From a virus: DNA of 64,000 nucleotides. This document shows, piece by piece, positions 46,236 through 55,826 of the stretch (position 1 is its first letter; the number at the start of each line of letters is the position of its first letter). The notes under the pieces were generated by a model that searched no databases, was not told the origin of the DNA, and saw only the letters and a list, made by a program, of their open reading frames with translations. The stretch spans positions 1 through 64,000 of IMG/VR virus record IMGVR_UViG_3300048917_000027; one strand, 5' to 3'. The position numbers were made by a program, and so were the translations under genes.

Positions 46236-47230
46236 TCATTCAGGGCATTGGCGTGGATGTAGAAGGCGAGACGGGAAACGACTTTTTGTGCTACTGCCCA
46301 TTTCATGGAAACACGGATACCCCAAGCTTCTCCGTATCCAAGCGCAATGGCACCTACATCTGCTTCAACGCTGCCTGTGCCGAATCAGGAAATCTTACTG
46401 GGCTCGTCATGAGGATGAGAAAGTGCAATCTCATGGAAGCCCTTAGATTCATCCTGAAGCACAAGGATACTCGACGCGTTAGCCTTGCAGAGCGTAGGCA
46501 GAAGAGGTTGGCAAGTCCAGGAGACTTCAATATCTTTCCTGATGAGCCATTCGACCGTATGTACAATGACTTCTGGGCATATCCAGAGGCTGTAAGGTAC
46601 ATGGTCGAAGACAGGGGATTCGAAGAGGAAACTCTAGAACACTTCAGAATTGGCTACTCTGCACGTAACGAAATGGTTATTGTTCCCATGCATTCTCCTG
46701 ATGGAAAGCATGTGGGCCTCATCGGTCGTAGTATCGAGGGAAAGAGATTCAAGAATTCACCTGGCCTGCCAGTTTCACGAACGATGTGGAATCTGAACAG
46801 AGCAAGGGCGGCCGGTAATGCAGTGGTGGTTACAGAAGCATCATTCGACTCAATGAGAGTACATCAGGCTGGTTACCCTTGTACGGTAGCATTGCTTGGT
46901 GGACACCTCAGTACAATTCACATTGAGTTCTTCAATCGATACTTCGATACCGTCATCATCATGACCGACTTCGACAGAAAAGAAGACCACATTTCCCCGG
47001 TGTGTAAGAAGTGTCGTGGTAAATGTACAGGTCATAATCCAGGTCGTGACCTCGGAAAGGCTATTGCAGATGCCCTTCCTCGTAAGAGAATCAAGTGGGC
47101 TTCACATGGCTTCAAAGAGGTTTATCCCAATGGAGTAAAGGATGCTGGAGGTATGCATGACAGTGAAATTAAGGCATGCATTCAGAATTCAGTATCAAAC
47201 TTTGAGTATCGCAGGTGGGGCTTGTACTAA
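46166..47230 (+). CDS. dnaG: DnaG-like primase (CHC2 zinc finger + TOPRIM)
   Basis: Zinc finger CYCPFHGNTDTPSFSVSKRNGTYICFNAACAESGN. TOPRIM-like motifs VVVTEASFDSM...IIMTDFD. Confidence 0.85.
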   Translation: MGNSWDSEWASSVNDYTEEQISVVIQGIGVDVEGETGNDFLCYCPFHGNTDTPSFSVSKRNGTYICFNAACAESGNLTGLVMRMRKCNLMEALRFILKHKDTRRVSLAERRQKRLASPGDFNIFPDEPFDRMYNDFWAYPEAVRYMVEDRGFEEETLEHFRIGYSARNEMVIVPMHSPDGKHVGLIGRSIEGKRFKNSPGLPVSRTMWNLNRARAAGNAVVVTEASFDSMRVHQAGYPCTVALLGGHLSTIHIEFFNRYFDTVIIMTDFDRKEDHISPVCKKCRGKCTGHNPGRDLGKAIADALPRKRIKWASHGFKEVYPNGVKDAGGMHDSEIKACIQNSVSNFEYRRWGLY

Positions 47231-47250
47231 GAGTCCCATTCTGCTATACT
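47222..47250 (+). promoter_or_regulatory. promoter TTGTAC-17-TGcTATACT
   Basis: Read directly, upstream of the SSB gene. Confidence 0.5.
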
Positions 47251-47304
47251 AAACATTAGTAGGTTCTAGGTAGCCTCGAATAAATACAGGAGATTATAAA
47301 CTAA

Positions 47305-48099
47305 ATGTCAACTCTAAAGGGTCTAGCAGCTATCCGTGCTTTTGGCGAAAAGCAGGCGCAGGCTGCAAAGGAACGTGAAGACCGTCTAAACGCACCGAAG
47401 GTTGAGTACCTGAACCTGAATGATGGTCAGAGCGTTAGGGTTCGATTCCTTCAGGAAGTCGACCCAGAATCAGAGGGCTATGACAAGGCTCGTGGAACCG
47501 GCACTCTTGCCGTTGAGCACGTCGTCTATGTCAAGTCTCTGCGACGTATGTACCGTGCTTCTTGTACCATTGAGGACGAAGGCCGTTGCTATGGCTGTGA
47601 GCGTGCTCGTGCTGGTGACAAGGAATTCGGCCAGAAGCGTAACTACTACATCAATGCTCTCGTTGATTTCATGGATGGCGAAGAGCCTCGTACGATGATT
47701 GTTTCACGAGGAATGGGTTCAACCTTCTTCGCGCAGCTTATCGAGGAAGTAGAGCCTGACGTTCCTGACGGTCAGCCTAATTCCCTGACTGAGCTGAACT
47801 ACAAGATTACCCGAAAGGGTTCCGGTACTGACACCAAGTGGCTTCTGAAGGCTCTTCCAAAGGATGCCCCTCTGGATGACAGTGAGGCTGTAGTTCACAA
47901 CATCGATGACGAGAAGAACGGAATCATCAAGAACTTCCCTTACGAAGCAACTGATGAGAAGGCTTCTCAGGAGCAGTATTTCAACGGTGAGACCTACAAC
48001 GACACCAAGTCCGACAATTCACAGTCTGATTCAGCACCTGCTCAGGCTTCTACTCAGAAGTCTGGTGGAGCTGGCTACGACATGAATGCTGGTTGGTAA
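47305..48099 (+). CDS. T4 gp32-like single-stranded DNA-binding protein
   Basis: VRFLQ resembles IRFLP of gp32. The His-Cys3 spacing H-x13-C-x8-C-x2-C resembles the gp32 zinc site. NYYINALV resembles SYWANILV. An acidic/Ser-rich C-terminal tail is present. Confidence 0.65.
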   Translation: MSTLKGLAAIRAFGEKQAQAAKEREDRLNAPKVEYLNLNDGQSVRVRFLQEVDPESEGYDKARGTGTLAVEHVVYVKSLRRMYRASCTIEDEGRCYGCERARAGDKEFGQKRNYYINALVDFMDGEEPRTMIVSRGMGSTFFAQLIEEVEPDVPDGQPNSLTELNYKITRKGSGTDTKWLLKALPKDAPLDDSEAVVHNIDDEKNGIIKNFPYEATDEKASQEQYFNGETYNDTKSDNSQSDSAPAQASTQKSGGAGYDMNAGW

Positions 48100-48111
48100 C
48101 AAAACAGACAA

Positions 48112-48138
48112 GGGCCCCTCTTCGGAGGGGCTTCTTGC
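48112..48138 (+). terminator. intrinsic terminator (UUCG loop)
   Basis: GCCCCTC-ttcg-GAGGGGC followed by TTCTTGCAT. Confidence 0.7.
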
Positions 48139-48163
48139 ATGTCAGGCCATGGTCTGCTAGGCT
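48135..48163 (+). promoter_or_regulatory. promoter TTGCAT-17-TGcTAGGCT
   Basis: The -35 lies inside the terminator tail, upstream of the polymerase gene. Confidence 0.4.
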
Positions 48164-48191
48164 AGAGCTACAACAACAAGGAAGGTAATCA

Positions 48192-51100
48192 ATGAATCAG
48201 CCTGTTGAACTTCACCTTCACGATGACTACTCATCCATGGATGGAACCAATACCGCAGCAGAGTATATGGTTCGTGCCAAGGAGCTAGGGATGAGGCATC
48301 TTGCCCAAACAAATCACGGTACTCTTGGAGGACACCGTGCGTTTCAGCAAGCTGCACGTGACGCTGGTATTGTTCCAATTCTGGGAGTAGAGGCTTATAT
48401 CTCTCCCACAGACCGTTTCGACAAGCGCTCAAAGGCGTCTCGCTCTGACGGTACAAATGCATATAACCACCTTATCGTTCTGGCTCAGAACGAGACTGGT
48501 CTACAGACTCTTAACCGAATCAACAGCATTGGTTGGACGGAAGGCTTTTACTCAAAGCCTCGTATCGACATGGAAGTGCTGGAAGATGACAACAAGGGTC
48601 TGATTGTTCTTTCTGGATGTCTTAACGGACTTATCTGTAAGGCAATCGAGCGAGGAGACCTTGATGAGGCCATGCGTATTGCTGACCGATTCAAGTCTAT
48701 GCTTGGTGACCGATTCTTCATTGAGGTTCAGGGTCACAATCCTGTAGAGATGAATGCGGCTCTGTTCAAGATTGCTGACGAAAAGGGAATTCTTCCTGTC
48801 GTCACATCTGACTGCCACTACGCTCGTAAGGAAGACCTGTGGGTTCAGGAAGCAATGCTTATCCTGAGCACCAATCCTAAGAAGAACAAGGATGCCGAGC
48901 TTTCCAAGTCACAGAAGATGGATATGCTTGAGCGGTTCAATTACCTGTACCCTGACCGCAAGATGACCTTTGAGAAGATTGAAATTTATCTTCACAGTGC
49001 AGAGGAACATCTGAATGCGTTCAAGGCTCAGGGATTTGACCGTGAGGACATCATTACCAACACTCACGTAGTTGCGGAAATGATTGGCGACTATCCTTTC
49101 CATCAGGGTCTCGACCTTCTGCCTCGGCCGAAGGAGGGCACTCCTGATGAGTTGCTGGAACAAAAGGCCCGGCAGGGACTGAAGGACCGTGGCTTTTCTG
49201 ATAACAAGCAGTACGTAGAACGTCTTGAAGAAGAACTGACAATCATCAAGGACAAGGACTTCTCAACCTACTTCATCATTGTCGAAGACATGATTTCATG
49301 GGCAAAGTCTCAGGGAATTATGGTTGGTCCTGGCCGTGGTTCTGGTGCCGGTTCTCTGGTCAATTACTGCCTTGGAATCACTGAGGTTGACCCTATCGTT
49401 GACAACCTTCTGTTTTTCCGATTCATCAACCCTGAGCGTAATGACTTCCCAGACATCGACACCGACTTTGAAGATGTTCGTCGTGGTGAGGTAAAGGAGT
49501 ATCTGCGAAGGAAGTATGGATACGTAGCATCAATTGCAACGTATGGCTACTTCAAGGACAAGGTTGTAATCAAGGACGCTTCTCGTGTCTTCTGTATTCC
49601 TGTTGGTGAGGTAAACCGAGCCACGAAGTACATTGACACTTGGGAGCAGTTCCTTAGCTCTCCTACGACTGAGGACTTTCGAAAGAAGTATCCAGAAGTC
49701 ATCAAGCTGGGTGAGCGTCTTCGTGGTCGTATTCGCCAGACTGGCATGCATGCGGCCGGTGTGGTAATTGCGAATCAGCCACTGTCCAACTTCGCACCGA
49801 TTGAAACCGCAAAGGACCCGAACGACAAGGACGGCCCTCGCATCCCTCTTGTGGCCCTGGATATGGACCAGGCAGCAGACCTTGGTTTGGTCAAGCTGGA
49901 TGCACTTGGACTGAAGACTCTCAGCATTATTAGAGATGCACTCGCCATGATTAAGGACCGTCATGGCAAGGAAATCGATATCAATGAGATTCCTCTGACT
50001 GACAGCCGTGTGTATGCCATGATTTCTGAGGGCTACACTAAGGGTGTCTTCCAGTGTGAAGCACAAGCTTATACAAAGCTCATTATCAACATGGGTGGCG
50101 TGAAGAACTTCGCTGAGCTTGCTGCATCTAACGCTCTTGTCCGTCCTGGTGCAATGAATACCATTGGTAAGGAGTACATCGCTCGAAAGAACGGTAGGAC
50201 TCCTGTCAAGTATCACCACTTTGAGATGAAGCCATTCACCTCAGAGACTTATGGTGAGATTCTGTATCAGGAGCAGGTCATGCTTACCATGACAGAATTG
50301 GCCGGTATGAAGATGGCCACTGCTGACAAGGTACGTAAGATTATCGGTAAGAAGAAGGATGCATCTGAATTCGACCAGTACCGAGAGGAATTCATCGAAG
50401 GGGCTTCTAAGAAGGTTCATCCTGCTGTCGCTGAAAAGCTGTGGCATGACTTCGAGGCTCACGCTGGATACTCATTCAACAAGAGCCACGCTATTGCATA
50501 CTCTCGACTCAGCTACTACACAGCATGGCTGAAGCGTCATTACCCTCTTGAGTTCATGTGTGCTACACTTCGCAACGAAGGAGACAAGGACGCTCTGACC
50601 GAATACCTGATTGAAGCGAAGCGTATGGGAATCCTTATGCTTCTGCCTCACGTCAATGTGTCAGGAGTCAACTTCGAAATTGAAGGCGACGCTATTCGGT
50701 TTGGTCTCACGAACATCAAGTATATTCGTGAGAACGGTGCTTTGCAGCTCATCGAGTACCGTCCATTCACGTCCTATGCTGACCTGTACGCTAAGGTCAA
50801 CGAAAAGGGTAATGGTCTGAGTGCCAGGACCCTGACAGGACTAAACGCAATTGGAGCATCAGCCTTCGAGGACCATCCTCGTACAGGTGATGAGCGAGAG
50901 AACTTCTATGAGTTCCTTCGCATTCCTGCCTTCGAGCTGAAGTTCATTCCTCCAAAGGTCAGGGCTCAGTTCACCGACCTTGAAGACTTTAAGGACAAGG
51001 GCGCTTTCTGTGTCCTTGCGATGGTCAGAGGAATCAAGCGCGGTGATGGATGGGCTCGTGTAGACTTGATTGATGAAACAGGGACGGCAGGATTCTTCAC

Positions 51101-51476
51101 CAATCCTGAAACACCGATTGAGTCTGGTCAGATGTATGCTATCCTGGTATCTGACAACAGGGTCGCACGATATGCGACAATGGACGAACTGATTAACAGG
51201 ATTCCAAACGGCTTCGTTGACTACCTGTATGCGAGTGAGTACGGTGACATTCCGGAAGGAATGTACAAGGTTCTTGCTTTCCAGAGGTACATCACGAAGG
51301 CGAAGAAGACAATGGCTTACACGACAGTATGTGACTCTGAAAAGAATCTCTATCCTGTCATGGCCTTCCCTACCATGTTCCACAAGGCATATGGTAAGTG
51401 CAAGGACGGTGCTGTGATTGATGCCGTTCTCAAGCAGACTCAGGAAGGTAGCTTCTTCTACGACAACATCCTGTAA
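48192..51476 (+). CDS. dnaE: DNA polymerase III alpha subunit (DnaE-type, N-terminal PHP domain)
   Basis: PHP motif ELHLHDDYSSMDG...TNHGTL. Also GPGRGSGAGSLVNYCLGIT and PDIDTDF. 1094 aa. Confidence 0.9.
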   Translation: MNQPVELHLHDDYSSMDGTNTAAEYMVRAKELGMRHLAQTNHGTLGGHRAFQQAARDAGIVPILGVEAYISPTDRFDKRSKASRSDGTNAYNHLIVLAQNETGLQTLNRINSIGWTEGFYSKPRIDMEVLEDDNKGLIVLSGCLNGLICKAIERGDLDEAMRIADRFKSMLGDRFFIEVQGHNPVEMNAALFKIADEKGILPVVTSDCHYARKEDLWVQEAMLILSTNPKKNKDAELSKSQKMDMLERFNYLYPDRKMTFEKIEIYLHSAEEHLNAFKAQGFDREDIITNTHVVAEMIGDYPFHQGLDLLPRPKEGTPDELLEQKARQGLKDRGFSDNKQYVERLEEELTIIKDKDFSTYFIIVEDMISWAKSQGIMVGPGRGSGAGSLVNYCLGITEVDPIVDNLLFFRFINPERNDFPDIDTDFEDVRRGEVKEYLRRKYGYVASIATYGYFKDKVVIKDASRVFCIPVGEVNRATKYIDTWEQFLSSPTTEDFRKKYPEVIKLGERLRGRIRQTGMHAAGVVIANQPLSNFAPIETAKDPNDKDGPRIPLVALDMDQAADLGLVKLDALGLKTLSIIRDALAMIKDRHGKEIDINEIPLTDSRVYAMISEGYTKGVFQCEAQAYTKLIINMGGVKNFAELAASNALVRPGAMNTIGKEYIARKNGRTPVKYHHFEMKPFTSETYGEILYQEQVMLTMTELAGMKMATADKVRKIIGKKKDASEFDQYREEFIEGASKKVHPAVAEKLWHDFEAHAGYSFNKSHAIAYSRLSYYTAWLKRHYPLEFMCATLRNEGDKDALTEYLIEAKRMGILMLLPHVNVSGVNFEIEGDAIRFGLTNIKYIRENGALQLIEYRPFTSYADLYAKVNEKGNGLSARTLTGLNAIGASAFEDHPRTGDERENFYEFLRIPAFELKFIPPKVRAQFTDLEDFKDKGAFCVLAMVRGIKRGDGWARVDLIDETGTAGFFTNPETPIESGQMYAILVSDNRVARYATMDELINRIPNGFVDYLYASEYGDIPEGMYKVLAFQRYITKAKKTMAYTTVCDSEKNLYPVMAFPTMFHKAYGKCKDGAVIDAVLKQTQEGSFFYDNIL

Positions 51477-51484
51477 GGAGCAAA

Positions 51485-51658
51485 GTGAGTACAGTTACAC
51501 CAGGAGAAATCCTGCGACTGTTGCTCATTGCTAACGGCCCTGTCACTATCTCTGCTGAAGAGATGGACAGGGCCCTTGGTGATGCAACAGCATATAAGAT
51601 TGCAATCAAATACGATGATGCTCTCGATGAGTATTCTATTGAACTGGAGACAGAGTGA
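51485..51658 (+). CDS. small hypothetical protein (57 aa, below track cutoff)
   Basis: GTG 51485 lies 4 nt after AAGGAG. GTGA overlap with the next gene. Translation begins VSTVTPGEILRLLLIANGPVTISAEEMDRALGDATAYKIAIKYDDALDEYSIELETE. Confidence 0.45.
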   Translation: MSTVTPGEILRLLLIANGPVTISAEEMDRALGDATAYKIAIKYDDALDEYSIELETE

Positions 51659-52005
51659 ACGACCTTTCAATGGCTGACTACCAGCTAACTGCTGCTGAGA
51701 CGGCTATTTATCCTGGCAATGGCGAGGCCACAACGGAAGCCATCGGATACACCATTCTGGGCCTTGTAGGCGAAGCTGGTGAAATCGCGAACGGATTCAA
51801 GAAGTCAATCCGTGACGAAAACGGTGTTGTGACAGCAGAAAAGGCACAGGCGCTGGCAGCAGAACTTGGAGATGTTCTTTGGTACGTTGCCAACTTGGCC
51901 AGCGAGCTTGGATATCCTCTTGAGCTAATCGCAAAGAAGAATCTACAGAAGCTCAAGTCTCGTCAGGCTCGTGGCATAATTTCAGGTAGCGGAGATAACC
52001 GCTAG
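51655..52005 (+). CDS. mazG: MazG-like nucleotide pyrophosphohydrolase
   Basis: GLVGEAGEIANGFKKSIRD...ELGDVLWYVANLASELG contains the EExGE...E/D motifs. Confidence 0.8.
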   Translation: MNDLSMADYQLTAAETAIYPGNGEATTEAIGYTILGLVGEAGEIANGFKKSIRDENGVVTAEKAQALAAELGDVLWYVANLASELGYPLELIAKKNLQKLKSRQARGIISGSGDNR

Positions 52006-52006
52006 A

Positions 52007-52015
52007 TGCTAGAAT
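52007..52015 (+). promoter_or_regulatory. extended -10 TGCTAGAAT placed 5 nt before ATG 52021 (leaderless candidate)
   Basis: The sequence reads TGCTAGAAT-agagc-ATG. Confidence 0.4.
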
Positions 52016-52020
52016 AGAGC

Positions 52021-52251
52021 ATGAGCACCGAAGCATATTTCCTCCGTGGAATCGAAGACGAACACCTTCTGGTATTCCGAGGCGATGACGCGGAGGAAAT
52101 TTTGTTTATCATTGCGCGGTTGGCCGCCTGCCGCGATAAAAAAATAAAGGCAATGGCAAGAAAACTTGAAGAGGAATGGAATAAACTAAACTATGGAAAT
52201 AGAAGAGGAGATTCTAGCCAAACTAAGTCCAAAGGTACTGGCACGCGCTAA
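52021..52251 (+). CDS. hypothetical protein
   Basis: 76-aa track ORF. Its 3' tail overlaps the recA-like start. Confidence 0.45.
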   Translation: MSTEAYFLRGIEDEHLLVFRGDDAEEILFIIARLAACRDKKIKAMARKLEEEWNKLNYGNRRGDSSQTKSKGTGTR

Positions 52252-53197
52252 GATGGCTTCTCAGGTAGAACTTATGAGACAGCCTACAGCAAGCACAGGA
52301 CTCAATGCAGCACTAAGGGGCGGTATTGGATATGGTCGTCAGACACTAGTTTGGGGAAGTAAGTCAGCAGGTAAGTCAACCTTCTGTCTTAGCACAATCG
52401 GAATTGCACAAGCGGCCGGTAAGAGAGCGGCATTCATTGATTCAGAACAGTCATTCGACCCTGTATGGGCAGAAAGACTAGGAGTCAATACAAAGAAGCT
52501 CATCTATACCGACGTAAAGACCATCGAAGATATGGTCGGCGCTGGCGTAGAATTTATGAAGGCTGGTGTAGATATTTGCACCGTAGACTCAATCTCAGCT
52601 CTGCTGTCATCAGCCTACTTTGAGAAGGACAAGAAGGGCGATGAACTAAAGGAGCTGTCAGGAACAAAGCAGATTGGTTCTGAAGCACGTGAACTGGCCA
52701 ATGGCGTAAAGATGCTCAACTATGCCAATAAGCAGACTGCTCTGATTCTCATCTCTCAGGTGCGTAACAAGATTACCACTTATGGAGCAATGCATCAGGC
52801 AACTGGTGGACACGCAGTCGACTTCTTCAGCAGCACTGTAGTGAAGCTATGGAGTTCTGCCAGAGAAGCAGACCAGATTCAGGGTGAAGTATTCAACGGC
52901 GACCTTGTACTGAAGGAGCCTATTGGTCGTGAGGTCAATTGGACAATCGACAAGAACAAGCTAGGTCCACCAAATAAGACAGGAAAGTACAACCTCTTCT
53001 ATGATGGCGAATTCATCGGCATCGACAACATCGGTGAGGCCGTAGACCTTGGTGTTGCATTCGGTATTGTCAATAAGTCAGGAAACTGGCTGACATACGA
53101 AGACCTCAAGGTGAACGGTAAGGACAGTTTCTCCATTCAGCTCAGACAGAATCCAGAATTGGCAGAAAAGCTGGTAAAGGAAGTAGAAGCCAGATGA
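52193..53197 (+). CDS. RecA-family recombinase
   Basis: STGLNAALRGGIGYGRQTLVWGSKSAGKSTF carries Walker A. Also AAFIDSEQSFDP and VDSISAL. The alternative start at ATG 52253 is noted. Confidence 0.8.
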   Translation: MEIEEEILAKLSPKVLARAKMASQVELMRQPTASTGLNAALRGGIGYGRQTLVWGSKSAGKSTFCLSTIGIAQAAGKRAAFIDSEQSFDPVWAERLGVNTKKLIYTDVKTIEDMVGAGVEFMKAGVDICTVDSISALLSSAYFEKDKKGDELKELSGTKQIGSEARELANGVKMLNYANKQTALILISQVRNKITTYGAMHQATGGHAVDFFSSTVVKLWSSAREADQIQGEVFNGDLVLKEPIGREVNWTIDKNKLGPPNKTGKYNLFYDGEFIGIDNIGEAVDLGVAFGIVNKSGNWLTYEDLKVNGKDSFSIQLRQNPELAEKLVKEVEAR

Positions 53198-53397
53198 AAA
53201 ACCCATTTATGGAGCAGCCGCAGAAGCCTGTTGATGAGGCACCGAAAGGTGTCCTCATCGCAGTCTCAGCCAACTGTATGATATGCGATGAGCAGTGTGA
53301 CGAGGCAGAATATTTCCCGGTAGAGAAGGTTCTTGTCTGGTACTGTAAGGATGAACACAAGTCATTGATTGAAAACTTTTCCCTAGGAGCGATGTGA
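53194..53397 (+). CDS. small Cys-rich protein
   Basis: CMICDEQCDE...WYCKDEH. ATGA overlap. Confidence 0.5.
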   Translation: MKNPFMEQPQKPVDEAPKGVLIAVSANCMICDEQCDEAEYFPVEKVLVWYCKDEHKSLIENFSLGAM

Positions 53398-53714
53398 CAG
53401 AGCTTAATGAAATTAAAAGAGACGGAGCAAAGCCTCAAAAGAACTCCGGTCGTGGACAGTTTCAAAAGGGAGATGCTACACTAGGACCCTTCTGTTACGA
53501 CATCAAGGAGTATGGCAAGTCTTTCAGTGTTTCTCAGGCAGTCTGGGGCAAGATTTGCACAGACGCCTTCAGGTCTGGTAACATGGTTCCTGCACTCAAG
53601 TTGGTTCTTGGTGCAGGAGACAGGAAAACTCGCGTCTGGGTAATCGGCGACGAGATGTTCAAGGAAATGCTAGAAGCATGGGAGGAAAAGCATGGCGAAC
53701 CTAGTGAGGGTTGA
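53394..53714 (+). CDS. hypothetical protein, possible minimal PD-(D/E)XK nuclease
   Basis: NSGRGQFQKGDATLGPFCYDIKEYGKS resembles a D...(D/E)xK core. This is a weak call. Confidence 0.4.
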   Translation: MTELNEIKRDGAKPQKNSGRGQFQKGDATLGPFCYDIKEYGKSFSVSQAVWGKICTDAFRSGNMVPALKLVLGAGDRKTRVWVIGDEMFKEMLEAWEEKHGEPSEG

Positions 53715-53841
53715 GTATGTCCGTCGGACAACTGGTGGATGGCTCATGTACAAGAAGTATGACAACGACAGTGAGCTTGCTGGTCCCGTCAGTCGAGAAG
53801 AAGTCGAAGCAATGATTGCGGAGATGTTTGATGAGCAATGA
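53704..53841 (+). CDS. possible small ORF (45 aa)
   Basis: The GTG-started frame VRVEYVRRTTGGWLMYKKYDNDSELAGPVSREEVEAMIAEMFDEQ fills the gap between genes. No clear RBS. Confidence 0.25.
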   Translation: MRVEYVRRTTGGWLMYKKYDNDSELAGPVSREEVEAMIAEMFDEQ

Positions 53842-54169
53842 CATGACACCTCTGGAACATATTTCCAGAATTGGTGAGTTCCAGGAACTTCATGATTTCA
53901 TGGAAGACCCGGAACTAGATGAGGCTATGGGTATCATGGTTAAGCTTATGGTCAATCCAAATCTGAAGCCAGAAACCAATCAGCGTCTGATTGTACAGCT
54001 ACAGGCATACGCTGCAAAGTTTGCTATGCTCGCCTCAATCTATTCAACGATTAAGAAGGCACCTGCTGGCAGTCCAAACAACTACAAAAAGAATATCTAC
54101 TACACAACCGCTGAGTCCATTGACAAGTTGGTCCAGGCATTGAAGTACACTTTCAAACTGCCTTACTGA
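53831..54169 (+). CDS. hypothetical protein
   Basis: ATG 53831 within track ORF 53816..54169. Confidence 0.55.
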   Translation: MSNDMTPLEHISRIGEFQELHDFMEDPELDEAMGIMVKLMVNPNLKPETNQRLIVQLQAYAAKFAMLASIYSTIKKAPAGSPNNYKKNIYYTTAESIDKLVQALKYTFKLPY

Positions 54170-54180
54170 TGTGATACAAT
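54151..54180 (+). promoter_or_regulatory. promoter TTTCAA-18-TGaTACAAT
   Basis: Read directly, upstream of the Cas4-like gene. Confidence 0.35.
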
Positions 54181-54212
54181 GATAATCACTAAGAGAAACG
54201 GAAACTAAAAAC

Positions 54213-54986
54213 ATGTCTGATGGACTAAAGCGAATTAGCAGTCTGGGGAAGCGAGGCGGCTTCGATACAGCAAAACTGCTGCAAACACTCGAAGACGCCT
54301 ACATTGGCTCCCGACAGACTTCAAGATATTCCAAGAAGGTCTCATTCAGTCCGTCCTCTCTTGGCTATGGTGCCGGTACCTGTCCTAGGTACTGGTATCT
54401 GGCTTTTGAGGGCGGAACGTTTGTTGATACCTTTAGTGGACTGAATGTCGCCAATATGGCAAATGGAACAGCAGCACATACACGTATCGAAAAGCTATTT
54501 GGCGATGCAGGTATTCTGGTCGAAGCAGAGCGTGAAGTAACAAACGAGAATCCTCCAATCAGGGGATTCGTTGACGTTATTGTAAAGTTCGATGGTGAAG
54601 AGATGACTGGAGAGTTCAAGACAACTCGACAGGAATCATATGTCCATCGTGAGGCAAATGGCACCGCCATTGATTATCACAAGGTTCAGGTGCTTATCTA
54701 TATGCGCCTGCTCGGTCACAAGAACGGCTTTGTGCTTTACGAGAACAAGAATACTCAGGAACTATTCCTGGTCCCAATCAAGATGGATGAAGCAAACACT
54801 GAATATACAGACTATCTGTTCCAGTGGATGCGTGAAACCAGAGAACTTTGGGAAAATAAGACTCTGCCCACCCGACCATTTACTCAGAAGAACAAGGCGT
54901 GCAAGTCATGCGCGCTATTCAATGTGTGTTGGAACGAATCTCCAGAAGGCGACATTACTAAGGCACCATTGGAGGTGAAGAAGTAA
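54213..54986 (+). CDS. Cas4/RecB-family PD-(D/E)XK exonuclease with Fe-S cysteine cluster
   Basis: An N-terminal Cys (GTCPRYWY) plus the C-terminal CKSCALFNVC. The nuclease core is GFVDVIV...EFKTT. Confidence 0.78.
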   Translation: MSDGLKRISSLGKRGGFDTAKLLQTLEDAYIGSRQTSRYSKKVSFSPSSLGYGAGTCPRYWYLAFEGGTFVDTFSGLNVANMANGTAAHTRIEKLFGDAGILVEAEREVTNENPPIRGFVDVIVKFDGEEMTGEFKTTRQESYVHREANGTAIDYHKVQVLIYMRLLGHKNGFVLYENKNTQELFLVPIKMDEANTEYTDYLFQWMRETRELWENKTLPTRPFTQKNKACKSCALFNVCWNESPEGDITKAPLEVKK

Positions 54987-55268
54987 TTGATTTGCGCCTA
55001 TGGAGAATGCGGTAACATGTTTGAGCCCAAGACTCATAATCAGAAGTTTTGCAGCTCAGCATGTTGCCGTAAGGCGACCAACGCAAGAATCATGGAGAAG
55101 TATTACGCCCGAAGAGCACGACAGAAGGGGATTGTCAGAAAGTGCTCAGGGTGCCCCACAGTGCTCTCCAGATACAACAGCTCAGACAGATGTGAGGGCT
55201 GTAAAGCGGAGCAGCGCCGGAAGGAACGTGTACAGCTATTGGAGTTGATTGACAGTGTCTCTGTCTGA
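54987..55268 (+). CDS. Cys-rich zinc-finger protein
   Basis: Cysteine motifs CAYGECGN, FCSSACC, CSGCP and CEGC. TTG start. Confidence 0.5.
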   Translation: MICAYGECGNMFEPKTHNQKFCSSACCRKATNARIMEKYYARRARQKGIVRKCSGCPTVLSRYNSSDRCEGCKAEQRRKERVQLLELIDSVSV

Positions 55269-55824
55269 TATTCATAAGACAAAGGCTCAGAGAGTCATGG
55301 GAATCGACTGCTCAACCAAATCCATAGCATTTACCTTGTTTGAGGATGAGAAGTTCCTCAAGTGTGGAGAAGTTTTTTTCACTGGAGCGACAGTTTTTGA
55401 AAGGGTGCATGATGCGAACGTAAAAACCCTAGCACTCTTCGACAGCTTTTCTCCTGACTTTGTTGCAATTGAAGCAGCCATTATGGTTCGAAGTACATCA
55501 GTCGCAATTAAGATGGCTTATGTGTTTGGTGCCGTGATTGCTGCTCTCTTGAAAAAGGGAGCGATAGTAATTGAAGTGCCGCCTATTTCATGGCAATCAT
55601 TCATTGGCAACAAGATTCTCTCACCGACCGAGAAGAATGCTATAAAGAAGGAGTTTCCAGGAAAGTCTGCAAGCTGGTATCAGAACAAGGGCAGGCAGAT
55701 AAGGAAGCAGAGAACCATTGACTTCGCCAAAAGAGATTTTGGCATTGAGCTTGAAAGTGATAACGTAGCTGACTCATTGGGCATTGCCTGGTGGGCAGTA
55801 AAGAATAAAACTAGAAGGAGTTAA
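55249..55824 (+). CDS. RuvC-like Holliday junction resolvase
   Basis: VMGIDCSTKSIAF provides the first catalytic Asp and FVAIEAAIM the Glu. There is a C-terminal acidic DSLGIAWW. Confidence 0.7.
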   Translation: MTVSLSDIHKTKAQRVMGIDCSTKSIAFTLFEDEKFLKCGEVFFTGATVFERVHDANVKTLALFDSFSPDFVAIEAAIMVRSTSVAIKMAYVFGAVIAALLKKGAIVIEVPPISWQSFIGNKILSPTEKNAIKKEFPGKSASWYQNKGRQIRKQRTIDFAKRDFGIELESDNVADSLGIAWWAVKNKTRRS

Positions 55825-55826
55825 GC

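Noticed and set aside
49530-51383. Antisense ORFs (229 aa and 174 aa) inside dnaE
   Set aside because: Both lie wholly within a confidently identified 1094-aa polymerase gene on the other strand, and neither has any motif.
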